DNA from: Eledone cirrhosa
Taxonomy: Eukaryota
Assembly (NCBI GenBank): GCA_964016885.1
Contig: OZ024740.1
Span: 431,334,001-431,398,000 of the forward strand
DNA length: 64,000 nt
Direction: 5' to 3'
Positions 15,001 through 30,000 of this stretch are shown here, piece by piece. Under the pieces are notes generated by a model, which did no database searches, was not told the origin of the DNA, and saw nothing but the letters and a program-made list of their open reading frames with translations. The position numbers and the translations under genes are program-made. Every line of letters begins with the position of its first letter. Position 1 is the stretch's first letter.

Positions 15001-18000
15001 GTCTCCAATTGTCAATCTTTAGAGAGGTTGTTATTCACTTAACATGAGTAAAGAGTCCTCTCTACCTTACATGTCTCCAATTGTCAATCTTTAGAGAGGT
15101 TGTTATTCCCTTAACAGGAGTAAAGAGTCCTCTCTACCTTACATGTCTCCAATCGTCAATCTTTAGAGAGGTTGTTATTCCCTTAACAGGAGTAAAGAGT
15201 CCTCTCTACTTTACATGTCTCAAATTGTCAATCTTTAGAGAGGTTGTCATTCCCTTAACGGGAGTACAGAGTCCTCTCTACCTTACATGTCTCCAATTGT
15301 CAATCTTTAGAGAGGTTGTTATTCCCTTAACAGGAGTAAAGAGTCCTCTCTACCTTATGTCTCCAATTGTCAATCTTTAGAGAGGTTGTTATTCCCTTAA
15401 CAGGAGTAAAGAGTGCTCTCTACCTTACATGTCTCCAATTGTCAATCTTTAGAGAGGTTGTTATTCCCTTAACAGGAGTAAAGAGTCCTCTCTACCTTAC
15501 ATGTCTCCTAATTGTCAATCTTTAGAGAGGTTGTTATTCCCTTAACAGGAGTAAAGAGTCCTCTCTACCTTACATGTCTCCAATTGTCAATCTTTAGAGA
15601 GGTTGTTATTCCCTTAACAGGAGTAAAGAGTCCTCTCTACTTTACATGTCTCCAATTGTCAATCTTTAGAGAGGTTGTTATTCCCTTAACAGGAGTAAAG
15701 AGTCCTCTCTACCTTACATGTCTCCAATTGTCAATATTTACAGAGAGGTTGTTATTCCCTTAACAGGAGTAAAGAGTGCTCTCTACCTTACATGTCTCCA
15801 ATTGTCAATCTTTAGAGAGGTTGTTATTCGCTTAACAGGAGTAAAGAGTCCTCTCTACCTTACATGTCTCCAATTGTCAATCTTTAGAGAGGTTGTTATT
15901 CACTTAACAGGAGTAAAGAGTCCTCTCTACCTTACATGTCTCCAATTGTCAATCTTTAGAGAGGTTGTTATTCCCTTAACAGGAGTAAAGAGTCCTCTCT
16001 ACTTTACATGTCTCCAATTGTCAATCTTTAGAGAGGTTGTTATTCTCTTAACGGGAGTAAAGAGTCCTCTCTACCTTACATGTCTCCAATTGTCAATCTT
16101 TAGAGAGGTTGTTATTCCCTTAACAGGAGTAAAGAGTCCTCTCTACCTTACATGTCTCCAATTGTCAATCTTTAGAGGGGTTGTTATTCCCTTAACAGGA
16201 GTAAAGAGTGCTCTCTACCTTACATGTCTCCAATTGTCAATCTTTAGAGAGGTTGTTATTCCCTTAACAGGAGTAAAGAGTCCTCTCTACCTTACATGTC
16301 TCCAATTGTCAATCTTTAGAGAGGTTGTTATTCCCTTAACAGGATTAAAGAGTGCTCTCTACCTTACATGTCTCCAATTGTCAATCTTTAGAGAGGTTGT
16401 TATTCCCTTAACAGGAGTAAAGAGTCCTCTCTACCTTACATATCTCCAATTGTCAATCTTTAGAGAGGTTGTTATTCCCTTAACAGGAGTAAAGAGTCCT
16501 CTCTACCTTACATGTCTCCAATTGTCAATCTTTACAGAGATGTTGTTATTCCCTTAACAGGAGTAAAGAGTCCACTCTACTTTACATGTCTCCAATTGTC
16601 AATCTTTAGAGAAGTTGTTATTCCCTTAACAGGAGTAAAGAGTCCTCTCTACCTTACATGTCTCCAATTGTCAATCTTTACAGAGAGGTTGTTATTCCCT
16701 TAACAGGAGTAAAGAGTCCTCTCTACCTTACATGTCTCCAATTGTCAATCTTTAGAGAGGTTGTTATTCCCTTAACAGGAGTAAAGAGTCCTCTCTACCT
16801 TACATGTCTCCAATTGTCAATCTTTAGAGAGGTTGTTATTCCCTTAACAGGAGTAAAGAGTCCTCTCTACTTTACATGTCTCCAATTGTCAATCTTTAGA
16901 GAGGTTGTTATTCTCTTAACGGGAGTAAAGAGTCCTCTCTACCTTACATGTCTCCAATTGTCAATCTTTAGAGAGGTTGTTATTCCCTTAACAGGAGTAA
17001 AGAGTCCTCTCTACCTTACATGTCTCCAATTGTCAATCTTTAGAGGGGTTGTTATTCCCTTAACAGGAGTAAAGAGTGCTCTCTACCTTACATGTCTCCA
17101 ATTGTCAATCTTTAGAGAGGTTGTTATTCCCTTAACAGGAGTAAAGAGTCCTCTCTACCTTACATGTCTCCAATTGTCAATCTTTAGAGAGGTTGTTATT
17201 CCCTTAACAGGATTAAAGAGTGCTCTCTACCTTACATGTCTCCAATTGTCAATCTTTAGAGAGGTTGTTATTCCCTTAACAGGAGTAAAGAGTCCTCTCT
17301 ACCTTACATATCTCCAATTGTCAATCTTTAGAGAGGTTGTTATTCCCTTAACAGGAGTAAAGAGTCCTCTCTACCTTACATGTCTCCAATTGTCAATCTT
17401 TACAGAGATGTTGTTATTCCCTTAACAGGAGTAAAGAGTCCGCTCTACTTTACATGTCTCCAATTGTCAATCTTTAGAGAAGTTGTTATTCCCTTAACAG
17501 GAGTAAAGAGTCCTCTCTACCTTACATGTCTCCAATTGTCAATCTTTAGAGAGGTTGTTATTCCCTTAACAGGAGTAAAGAGTCCTCTCTACCTTACATG
17601 TCTCCAATTGTCAATCTTTAGAGAGGTTGTTATTCCCTTAACAGGAGTAAAGAGTCCTCTCTACCTTACATGTCTCCAATTGTCAATCTTTAGAGAGGTT
17701 GTTATTCCCTTAACAGGAGTAAAGAGTCCTCTCTACTTTACATGTCTCCAATTGTCAATCTTTAGAGAGGTTGTTATTCCCTTAACAGGAGTAGAGAGTC
17801 CTCTCTACCTTACATGTCTCCAATTGTCAATCTTTACAGAGAGGTTGTTATTCCCTTAACAGGAGTAAAGAGTCCTCTCTACTTTACACGTCTCCAATTG
17901 TCAATCTTTAGAGAGGTTGTTATTCCCTAAACAGGAGTAGAGTCCTCTCTACCTTACATGTCTCCAATTGTCAATCTTTAGAGAGGTTGTTATTCCGTTA

Positions 18001-21000
18001 ACAGGAGTAAAGAGTCCTCTCTACCTTACATGTCTCTCATTGTGAATCTTTAGAGAGGTTGTTATTCCCTTAACAGGAGTAAAGAGTCCTCTCTACCTTA
18101 CATGTCTCCAATTGTCAATCTTTAGAGAGGTTGTTATTCCCTTAACAGGAGTAAAGAGTGCTCTCTACCTTACATGTCTCCAATTGTCAATCTTTAGAGA
18201 GGTTGTTATTCCCTTAACAGGAGTAGAGTCCTCTCTACCTTACATGTCTCCAATTGTCAATCTTTAGAGAGGTTGTTATTCACTTAACATGAGTAAAGAG
18301 TCCTCTCTACCTTACATGTCTCCAATTGTCAATCTTTAGAGAGGTTGTTATTCCCTTAACAGGAGTAAAGAGTCCTCTCTACCTTACATGTCTCCAATTG
18401 TCAATCTTTAGAGAGGTTGTTATTCCCTTAACAGGAGTAAAGAGTCCTCTCTACTTTACATGTCTCAAATTGTCAATCTTTAGAGAGGTTGTTATTCCCT
18501 TAACGGGAGTACAGAGTCCTCTCTACCTTACATGTCTCCAATTGTCAATCTTTAGAGAGGTTGTTATTCCCTTAACAGGAGTAAAGAGTCCTCTCTACCT
18601 TATGTCTCCAATTGTCAATCTTTAGAGAGGTTGTTATTCCCTTAACAGGAGTAAAGAGTGCTCTCTACCTTACATGTCTCCAATTGTCAATCTTTAGAGA
18701 GGTTGTTATTCCCTTAACAGGAGTAAAGAGTCCTCTCTACCTTACATGTCTCCTAATTGTCAATCTTTAGAGAGGTTGTTATTCCCTTAACAGGAGTAAA
18801 GAGTCCTCTCTACCTTACATGTCTCCAATTGTCAATCTTTAGAGAGGTTGTTATTCCCTTAACAGGAGTAAAGAGTCCTCTCTACTTTACATGTCTCCAA
18901 TTGTCAATCTTTAGAGAGGTTGTTATTCCCTTAACAGGAGTAAAGAGTCCTCTTTACCTTACATGTCTCCAATTGTCAATATTTACAGAGAGGTTGTTAT
19001 TCCCTTAACAGGAGTAAAGAGTGCTCTCTACCTTACATGTCTCCAATTGTCAATCTTTAGAGAGGTTGTTATTCCCTTAACAGGAGTAAAGAGTCCTCTC
19101 TACCTTACATGTCTCCTAATTGTCAATCTTTAGAGAGGTTGTTATTCCCTTAACAGGAGTAAAGAGTCCTCTCTGCCTTACATGTCTCCAATTGTCAATC
19201 TTTAGAGAGGTTGTTATTCCCTTAACAGGAGTAAAGAGTCCTCTCTACCTTACATGTCTCCAATTGTCAATCTTTAGAGGGGTTGTTATTCCCTTAACAG
19301 GAGTAAAGAGTGCTCTCTACCTTACATGTCTCCAATTGTCAATCTTTAGAGAGGTTGTTATTCCCTTAACAGGAGTAAAGAGTCCTCTCTACCTTACATG
19401 TCTCCAATTGTCAATCTTTAGAGAGGTTGTTATTCCCTTAACAGGATTAAAGAGTGCTCTCTACCTTACATGTCTCCAATTGTCAATCTTTAGAGAGGTT
19501 GTTATTCCCTTAACAGGAGTAAAGAGTCCTCTCTACCTTACATGTCTCCAATTGTCAATCTTTACAGAGATGTTGTTATTCCCTTAACAGGAGTAAAGAG
19601 TCCACTCTACTTTACATGTCTCCAATTGTCAATCTTTAGAGAAGTTGTTATTCCCTTAACAGGAGTAAAGAGTCCTCTCTACCTTACATGTCTCCAATTG
19701 TCAATCTTTACAGAGAGGTTGTTATTCCCTTAACAGGAGTAAAGAGTCCTCTCTACCTTACATGTCTCCAATTGTCAATCTTTAGAGAGGTTGTTATTCC
19801 CTTAACAGGAGTAAAGAGTCCTCTCTACCTTACATGTCTCCAATTGTCAATCTTTAGAGAGGTTGTTATTCCCTTAACAGGAGTAAAGAGTCCTCTCTAC
19901 CTTACATGTCTCCAATTGTCAATCTTTAGAGAGGTTGTTATTCCCTTAACAGGAGTAAAGAGTCCTCTCTACTTTACATGTCTCCAATTGTCAATCTTTA
20001 GAGAGGTTGTTATTCCCTTAACAGGAGTAAAGAGTCCTCTCTACTTTACATGTCTCAAATTGTCAATCTTTAGAGAGGTTGTTATTCCCTTAACGGGAGT
20101 ACAGAGTCCTCTCTACCTTACATGTCTCCAATTGTCAATCTTTAGAGAGGTTGTTATTCCCTTAACAGGAGTAAAGAGTCCTCTCTACCTTATGTCTCCA
20201 ATTGTCAATCTTTAGAGAGGTTGTTATTCCCTTAACAGGAGTAAAGAGTGCTCTCTACCTTACATGTCTCCAATTGTCAATCTTTAGAGAGGTTGTTATT
20301 CCCTTAACAGGAGTAAAGAGTCCTCTCTACCTTACATGTCTCCTAATTGTCAATCTTTAGAGAGGTTGTTATTCCCTTAACAGGAGTAAAGAGTCCTCTC
20401 TACCTTACATGTCTCCAATTGTCAATCTTTAGAGAGGTTGTTATTCCCTTAACAGGAGTAAAGAGTCCTCTCTACTTTACATGTCTCCAATTGTCAATCT
20501 TTAGAGAGGTTGTTATTCCCTTAACAGGAGTAAAGAGTCCTCTCTACCTTACATGTCTCCAATTGTCAATATTTACAGAGAGGTTGTTATTCCCTTAACA
20601 GGAGTAAAGAGTGCTCTCTACCTTACATGTCTCCAATTGTCAATCTTTAGAGAGGTTGTTATTCCCTTAACAGGAGTAAAGAGTCCTCTCTACCTTACAT
20701 GTCTCCTAATTGTCAATCTTTAGAGAGGTTGTTATTCCCTTAACAGGAGTAAAGAGTCCTCTCTGCCTTACATGTCTCCAATTGTCAATCTTTAGAGAGG
20801 TTGTTATTCCCTTAACAGGAGTAAAGAGTCCTCTCTACCTTACATGTCTCCAATTGTCAATCTTTAGAGAGGTTGTTATTCCCTTAACAGGAGTAAAGAG
20901 TCCTCTCTACTTTACATGTCTCCAATTGTCAATCTTTAGAGAGGTTGTTATTCTCTTAACGGGAGTAAAGAGTCCTCTCTACCTTACATGTCTCCAATTG

Positions 21001-24000
21001 TCAATCTTTAGAGAGGTTGTTATTCCCTTAACAGGAGTAAAGAGTCCTCTCTACCTTACATGTCTCCAATTGTCAATCTTTAGAGGGGTTGTTATTCCCT
21101 TAACAGGAGTAAAGAGTGCTCTCTACCTTACATGTCTCCAATTGTCAATCTTTAGAGAGGTTGTTATTCCCTTAACAGGAGTAAAGAGTCCTCTCTACCT
21201 TACATGTCTCCAATTGTCAATCTTTAGAGAGGTTGTTATTCCCTTAACAGGATTAAAGAGTGCTCTCTACCTTACATGTCTCCAATTGTCAATCTTTAGA
21301 GAGGTTGTTATTCCCTTAACAGGAGTAAAGAGTCCTCTCTACCTTACATGTCTCCAATTGTCAATCTTTACAGAGATGTTGTTATTCCCTTAACAGGAGT
21401 AAAGAGTCCACTCTACTTTACATGTCTCCAATTGTCAATCTTTAGAGAAGTTGTTATTCCCTTAACAGGAGTAAAGAGTCCTCTCTACCTTACATGTCTC
21501 CAATTGTCAATTTTTACAGAGAGGTTGTTATTCCCTTAACAGGAGTAAAGAGTCCTCTCTACCTTACATGTCTCCAATTGTCAATCTTTAGAGAGGTTGT
21601 TATTCCCTTAACAGGAGTAAAGAGTCCTCTCTACCTTACATGTCTCCAATTGTCAATCTTTAGAGAGGTTGTTATTCCCTTAACAGGAGTAAAGAGTCCT
21701 CTCTACCTTACATGTCTCCAATTGTCAATCTTTAGAGAGGTTGTTATTCCCTTAACAGGAGTAAAGAGTCCTCTCTACTTTACATGTCTCCAATTGTCAA
21801 TCTTTAGAGAGGTTGTTATTCCCTTAACAGGAGTAGAGAGTCCTCTCTACCTTACATGTCTCCAATTGTCAATCTTTACAGAGAGGTTGTTATTCCCTTA
21901 ACAGGAGTAAAGAGTCCTCTCTACCTTACATGTCTCCAATTGTCAATCTTTAGAGAGGTTGTTATTCCCTAAACAGGAGTAGAGTCCTCTCTACCTTACA
22001 TGTCTCCAATTGTCAATCTTTAGAGAGGTTGTTATTCCCTTAACAGGAGTAAAGAGGCCTCTCTACCTTACATGTCTCCAATTGTCAATCTTTAGAGAGG
22101 TTGTTATTCCCTTAACAGGAGTAAAGAGTCCTCTCTACCTTACATGTCTCTCATTGTGAATCTTTAGAGAGGTTGTTATTCCCTTAACAGGAGTAAAGAG
22201 TCCTCTCTACCTTACATGTCTCCAATTGTCAATCTTTAGAGAGGTTGTTATTCCCTTAACAGGAGTAAAGAGTGCTCTCTACCTTACATGTCTCCAATTG
22301 TCAATCTTTAGAGAGGTTGTTATTCCCTTAACAGGAGTAGAGTCCTCTCTACCTTACATGTCTCCAATTGTCAATCTTTAGAGAGGTTGTTATTCACTTA
22401 ACATGAGTAAAGAGTCCTCTCTACCTTACATGTCTCCAATTGTCAATCTTTAGAGAGGTTGTTATTCCCTTAACAGGAGTAAAGAGTCCTCTCTACCTTA
22501 CATGTCTCCAATTGTCAATCTTTAGAGAGGTTGTTATTCCCTTAACAGGAGTAAAGAGTCCTCTCTACTTTACATGTCTCAAATTGTCAATCTTTAGAGA
22601 GGTTGTTATTCCCTTAACGGGAGTAAAGAGTCCTCTCTACCTTACATGTCTCCAATTGTCAATCTTTAGAGAGGTTGTTATTCCCTTAACAGGAGTAAAG
22701 AGTCCTCTCTACCTTATGTCTCCAATTGTCAATCTTTAGAGAGGTTGTTATTCCCTTAACAGGAGTAAAGAGTGCTCTCTACCTTACATGTCTCCAATTG
22801 TCAATCTTTAGAGAGGTTGTTATTCCCTTAACAGGAGTAAAGAGCCCTCTCTACCTTACATGTCTCCTAATTGTCAATCTTTAGAGAGTTTGTTATTCCC
22901 TTAACAGGAGTAAAGAGTCCTCTCTACCTTACATGTCTCCAATTGTCAATCTTTAGAGAGGTTGTTATTCCCTTAACAGGAGTAAAGAGTCCTCTCTACT
23001 TTACATGTCTCCAATTGTCAATCTTTAGAGAGGTTGTTATTCCCTTAACAGGAGTAAAGAGTCCTCTCTACCTTACATGTCTCCAATTGTCAATATTTAC
23101 AGAGAGGTTGTTATTCCCTTAACAGGAGTAAAGAGTGCTCTCTACCTTACATGTCTCCAATTGTCAATCTTTAGAGAGGTTGTTATTCCCTTAACAGGAG
23201 TAAAGAGTCCTCTCTACCTTACATGTCTCCTAATTGTCAATCTTTAGAGAGGTTGTTATTCCCTTAACAGGAGTAAAGAGTCCTCTCTACCTTACATGTC
23301 TCCAATTGTCAATCTTTAGAGAGGTTGTTATTCCCTTAACAGGAGTAAAGAGTCCTCTCTACCTTACATGTCTCCAATTGTCAATCTTTAGAGAGGTTGT
23401 TATTCCCTTAACAGGAGTAAAGAGTCCTCTCTACTTTACATGTCTCCAATTGTCAATCTTTAGAGAGGTTGTTATTCTCTTAACGGGAGTAAAGAGTCCT
23501 CTCTACCTTACATGTCTCCAATTGTCAATCTTTAGAGAGGTTGTTATTCCCTTAACAGGAGTAAAGAGTCCTCTCTACCTTACATGTCTCCAATTGTCAA
23601 TCTTTAGAGGGGTTGTTATTCCCTTAACAGGAGTAAAGAGTGCTCTCTACCTTACATGTCTCCAATTGTCAATCTTTAGAGAGGTTGTTATTCCCTTAAC
23701 AGGAGTAAAGAGTCCTCTCTACCTTACATGTCTCCAATTGTCAATCTTTAGAGAGGTTGTTATTCCCTTAACAGGATTAAAGAGTGCTCTCTACCTTACA
23801 TGTCTCCAATTGTCAATCTTTAGAGAGGTTGTTATTCCCTTAACAGGAGTAAAGAGTCCTCTCTACCTTACATATCTCCAATTGTCAATCTTTAGAGAGG
23901 TTGTTATTCCCTTAACAGGAGTAAAGAGTCCTCTCTACCTTACATGTCTCCAATTGTCAATCTTTACAGAGATGTTGTTATTCCCTTAACAGGAGTAAAG

Positions 24001-27000
24001 AGTCCACTCTACTTTACATGTCTCCAATTGTCAATCTTTAGAGAAGTTGTTATTCCCTTAACAGGAGTAAAGAGTCCTCTCTACCTTACATGTCTCCAAT
24101 TGTCAATCTTTACAGAGAGGTTGTTATTCCCTTAACAGGAGTAAAGAGTCCTCTCTACCTTACATGTCTCCAATTGTCAATCTTTAGAGAGGTTGTTATT
24201 CCCTTAACAGGAGTAAAGAGTGCTCTCTACCTTACATGTCTCCAATTGTCAATCTTTAGAGAGGTTGTTTTTCCCTTAACAGGAGTAAAGAGTCCTCTCT
24301 ACCTTACATGTCTCCAATTGTCAATCTTTAGAGAGGTTGTTATTCCCTTAACAGGAGTAAAGAGTGCTCTCTACCTTACATGTCTCCAATTGTCAATCTT
24401 TAGAGAGGTTGTTATTCCCTTAACAGGAGTAAAGAGTCCTCTCTACCTTGCATGTCTCCAATCGTCAATCTTTAGAGAGGTTGTTATTCCCTTAACAGGA
24501 GTAAAGAGTCCTCTCTACCTTACATGTCTCCAATTGTCAATCTTTACAGAGATGTTGTTATTCCCTTAACAGGAGTAAAGAGTCCACTCTACTTTACATG
24601 TCTCCAATTGTCAATCTTTAGAGAAGTTGTTATTCCCTTAACAGGAGTAAAGAGTCCTCTCTACCTTACATGTCTCCAATTGTCAATCTTTACAGAGAGG
24701 TTGTTATTCCCTTAACAGGAGTAAAGAGTCCTCTCTACCTTACATGTCTCCAATTGTCAATCTTTAGAGAGGTTGTTATTCCCTTAACAGGAGTAAAGAG
24801 TGCTCTCTACCTTACATGTCTCCAATTGTCAATCTTTAGAGAGGTTGTTTTTCCCTTAACAGGAGTAAAGAGTCCTCTCTACCTTACATGTCTCCAATTG
24901 TCAATCTTTAGAGAGGTTGTTATTCCCTTAACAGGAGTAAAGAGTGCTCTCTACCTTACATGTCTCCAATTGTCAATCTTTAGAGAGGTTGTTATTCCCT
25001 TAACAGGAGTAAAGAGTCCTCTCTACCTTGCATGTCTCCAATCGTCAATCTTTAGAGAGGTTGTTATTCCCTTAACAGGAGTAAAGAGTCCACTCTACTT
25101 TACATGTCTCCAATTGTCAATCTTTAGAGAAGTTGTTATTCCCTTAACAGGAGTAAAGAGTGCTCTCTACCTTACATGTCTCCAATTGTCAATCTTTAGA
25201 GAGGTTGTTATTCCCTTAACAGGAGTAAAGAGTCCTCTCTACCTTACATGTCTCCAATTGTCAATCTTTAGAGAGGTTGTTATTCCCTTAACAGGAGTAA
25301 AGAGTCCTCTCTGCCTTACATGTCTCCAATTGTCAATCTTTAAAGAGAGGTTGTTATTCCCTTAACAGGAGTAAAGAATCCTCTCTACTTTACATGTCTC
25401 CAATTGTCAATCTTTAGAGAGGTTGTTATTCCCTTAACAGGAGTAAAGAGTCCTCTCTACCTTACATGTCTCCAATTGTCAATCTTTAGAGAGGTTGTTA
25501 TTCCCTTAACAGGAGTAAAGAGTCCTCTCTACCTTACATGTCTCCAATTGTCAATCTTTAGAGAGGTTGTTATTCCCTTAACAGGAGTAAAGAGTGCTCT
25601 CTACCTTACATGTCTCCAATTGTCAATCTTTAGAGAGGTTGTTATTCCCTTAACAGGAGTAGAGAGTCCTCTCTACCTTACATGTCTCCAATTGTCAATC
25701 TTTACAGAGAGGTTGTTATTCCCTTAACAGGAGTAAAGAATCCTCTCTACTTTACATGTCTCCAATTGTCAATCTTTAGAGAGGTTGTTATTCCCTTAAC
25801 AGGAGTAAAGAGTCCTCTCTACCTTACATGTCTCCAATTGTCAATCTTTAGAGAGGTTGTTATTCCCTTAACAGGAGTAAAGAGTCCTCTCTACCTTACA
25901 TGTCTCCAATTGTCAATCTTTAGAGAGGTTGTTATTCCCTTAACAGGAGTAAAGAGTCCTCTCTACCTTACATGTCTCCAATTGTCAATCTTTAGAGAGG
26001 TTGTTATTCCCTTAACAGGATTAAAGAGTGCTCTCTACCTTACATGTCTCCAATTGTCAATCTTTAGAGAGGTTGTTATTCCCTTAACAGGAGTAAAGAG
26101 TCCTCTCTACCTTACATGTCTCCAATTGTCAATCTTTACAGAGATGTTGTTATTCCCTTAACAGGAGTAAAGAGTCCTCTCTACCTTACATGTCTCCAAT
26201 TGTCAATCTTTAGAGAAGTTGTTATTCCCTTAACAGGAGTAAAGAGTCCTCTCTACCTTACATGTCTCCAATTGTCAATCTTTACAGAGAGGTTGTTATT
26301 CCCTTAACAGGAGTAAAGAGTCCTCTCTACCTTACATGTCTCCAATTGTCAATCTTTAGAGAGGTTGTTATTCCCTTAACAGGAGTAAAGAGTCCTCTCT
26401 ACCTTACATGTCTCCAATTGTCAATCTTTAGAGAGGTTGTTATTCCCTTAACAGGAGTAAAGAGTCCTCTCTACCTTACATGTCTCCAATTGTCAATCTT
26501 TAGAGAGGTTGTTATTCCCTTAACAGGAGTAAAGAGTCCTCTCTACTTTACATGTCTCCAATTGTCAATCTTTAGAGAGGTTGTTATTCCCTTAACAGGA
26601 GTAGAGAGTCCTCTCTACCTTACATGTCTCCAATTGTCAATCTTTACAGAGAGGTTGTTATTCCCTTAACAGGAGTAAAGAGTCCTCTCTACCTTACATG
26701 TCTCCAATTGTCAATCTTTAGAGAGGTTGTTATTCCCTAAACAGGAGTAGAGTCCTCTCTACCTTACATGTCTCCAATTGTCAATCTTTAGAGAGGTTGT
26801 TATTCCCTTAACAGGAGTAAAGAGGTCTCTCTACCTTACATGTCTCCAATTGTCAATCTTTAGAGAGGTTGTTATTCCCTTAACAGGAGTAAAGAGTCCT
26901 CTCTACCTTACATGTCTCTCATTGTGAATCTTTAGAGAGGTTGTTATTCCCTTAACAGGAGTAAAGAGTCCTCTCTACCTTACATGTCTCCAATTGTCAA

Positions 27001-30000
27001 TCTTTAGAGAGGTTGTTATTCCCTTAACAGGAGTAAAGAGTGCTCTCTACCTTACATGTCTCCAATTGTCAATCTTTAGAGAGGTTGTTATTCCCTTAAC
27101 AGGAGTAGAGTCCTCTCTACCTTACATGTCTCCAATTGTCAATCTTTAGAGAGGTTGTTATTCACTTAACATGAGTAAAGAGTCCTCTCTACCTTACATG
27201 TCTCCAATTGTCAATCTTTAGAGAGGTTGTTATTCCCTTAACAGGAGTAAAGAGTCCTCTCTACCTTACATGTCTCCAATTGTCAATCTTTAGAGAGGTT
27301 GTTATTCCCTTAACAGGAGTAAAGAGTCCTCTCTACTTTACATGTCTCAAATTGTCAATCTTTAGAGAGGTTGTTATTCCCTTAACGGGAGTAAAGAGTC
27401 CTCTCTACCTTACATGTCTCCAATTGTCAATCTTTAGAGAGGTTGTTATTCCCTTAACAGGAGTAAAGAGTCCTCTCTACCTTATGTCTCCAATTGTCAA
27501 TCTTTAGAGAGGTTGTTATTCCCTTAACAGGAGTAAAGAGTGCTCTCTACCTTACATGTCTCCAATTGTCAATCTTTAGAGAGGTTGTTATTCCCTTAAC
27601 AGGAGTAAAGAGTCCTCTCTACCTTACATGTCTCCTAATTGTCAATCTTTAGAGAGGTTGTTATTCCCTTAACAGGAGTAAAGAGTCCTCTCTACCTTAC
27701 ATGTCTCCAATTGTCAATCTTTAGAGAGGTTGTTATTCCCTTAACAGGAGTAAAGAGTCCTCTCTACTTTACATGTCTCCAATTGTCAATCTTTAGAGAG
27801 GTTGTTATTCCCTTAACAGGAGTAAAGAGTCCTCTCTACCTTACATGTCTCCAATTGTCAATATTTACAGAGAGGTTGTTATTCCCTTAACAGGAGTAAA
27901 GAGTGCTCTCTACCTTACATGTCTCCAATTGTCAATCTTTAGAGAGGTTGTTATTCCCTTAACAGGAGTAAAGAGTCCTCTCTACCTTACATGTCTCCTA
28001 ATTGTCAATCTTTAGAGAGGTTGTTATTCCCTTAACAGGAGTAAAGAGTCCTCTCTACCTTACATGTCTCCAATTGTCAATCTTTAGAGAGGTTGTTATT
28101 CCCTTAACAGGAGTAAAGAGTCCTCTCTACCTTACATGTCTCCAATTGTCAATCTTTAGAGAGGTTGTTATTCCCTTAACAGGAGTAAAGAGTCCTCTCT
28201 ACTTTACATGTCTCCAATTGTCAATCTTTAGAGAGGTTGTTATTCTCTTAACGGGAGTAAAGAGTCCTCTCTACCTTACATGTCTCCAATTGTCAATCTT
28301 TAGAGAGGTTGTTATTCCCTTAACAGGAGTAAAGAGTCCTCTCTACCTTACATGTCTCCAATTGTCAATCTTTAGAGGGGTTGTTATTCCCTTAACAGGA
28401 GTAAAGAGTGCTCTCTACCTTACATGTCTCCAATTGTCAATCTTTAGAGAGGTTGTTATTCCCTTAACAGGAGTAAAGAGTCCTCTCTACCTTACATGTC
28501 TCCAATTGTCAATCTTTAGAGAGGTTGTTATTCCCTTAACAGGATTAAAGAGTGCTCTCTACCTTACATGTCTCCAATTGTCAATCTTTAGAGAGGTTGT
28601 TATTCCCTTAACAGGAGTAAAGAGTCCTCTCTACCTTACATATCTCCAATTGTCAATCTTTAGAGAGGTTGTTATTCCCTTAACAGGAGTAAAGAGTCCT
28701 CTCTACCTTACATGTCTCCAATTGTCAATCTTTACAGAGATGTTGTTATTCCCTTAACAGGAGTAAAGAGTCCACTCTACTTTACATGTCTCCAATTGTC
28801 AATCTTTAGAGAAGTTGTTATTCCCTTAACAGGAGTAAAGAGTCCTCTCTACCTTACATGTCTCCAATTGTCAATCTTTACAGAGAGGTTGTTATTCCCT
28901 TAACAGGAGTAAAGAGTCCTCTCTACCTTACATGTCTCCAATTGTCAATCTTTAGAGAGGTTGTTATTCCCTTAACAGGAGTAAAGAGTGCTCTCTACCT
29001 TACATGTCTCCAATTGTCAATCTTTAGAGAGGTTGTTTTTCCCTTAACAGGAGTAAAGAGTCCTCTCTACCTTACATGTCTCCAATTGTCAATCTTTAGA
29101 GAGGTTGTTATTCCCTTAACAGGAGTAAAGAGTGCTCTCTACCTTACATGTCTCCAATTGTCAATCTTTAGAGAGGTTGTTATTCCCTTAACAGGAGTAA
29201 AGAGTCCTCTCTACCTTGCATGTCTCCAATCGTCAATCTTTAGAGAGGTTGTTATTCCCTTAACAGGAGTAAAGAGTCCTCTCTACCTTACATGTCTCCA
29301 ATTGTCAATCTTTACAGAGAGGTTGTTATTCCCTTAACAGGAGTAAAGAGTGCTCTCTACCTTACATGTCTCCAATTGTCAATCTTTAGAGAGGTTGTTA
29401 TTCCCTTAACAGGAGTAAAGAGTCCTCTCTACCTTACATGTCTCCAATTGTCAATCTTTAGAGAGGTTGTTATTCCCTTAACAGGATTAAAGAGTGCTCT
29501 CTACCTTACATGTCTCCAATTGTCAATCTTTAGAGAGGTTGTTATTCCCTTAACAGGAGTAAAGAGTCCTCTCTACCTAAACATATCTCCAATTGTCAAT
29601 CTTTAGAGAGGTTGTTATTCCCTTAACAGGAGTAAAGAGTCCTCTCTACCTTACATGTCTCCAATTGTCAATCTTTACAGAGATGTTGTTATTCCCTTAA
29701 CAGGAGTAAAGAGTCCACTCTACTTTACATGTCTCCAATTGTCAATCTTTAGAGAAGTTGTTATTCCCTTAACAGGAGTAAAGAGTCCTCTCTACCTTAC
29801 ATGTCTCCAATTGTCAATCTTTAGAGAGGTTGTTATTCCCTTAACAGGAGTAAAGAGTCCTCTCTACCTTACATGTCTCCAATTGTCAATCTTTAGAGAG
29901 GTTGTTATTCCCTTAACAGGAGTAAAGAGTGCTCTCTACCTTACATGTCTCCAATTGTCAATCTTTAGAGAGGTTGTTTTTCCCTTAACAGGAGTAAAGA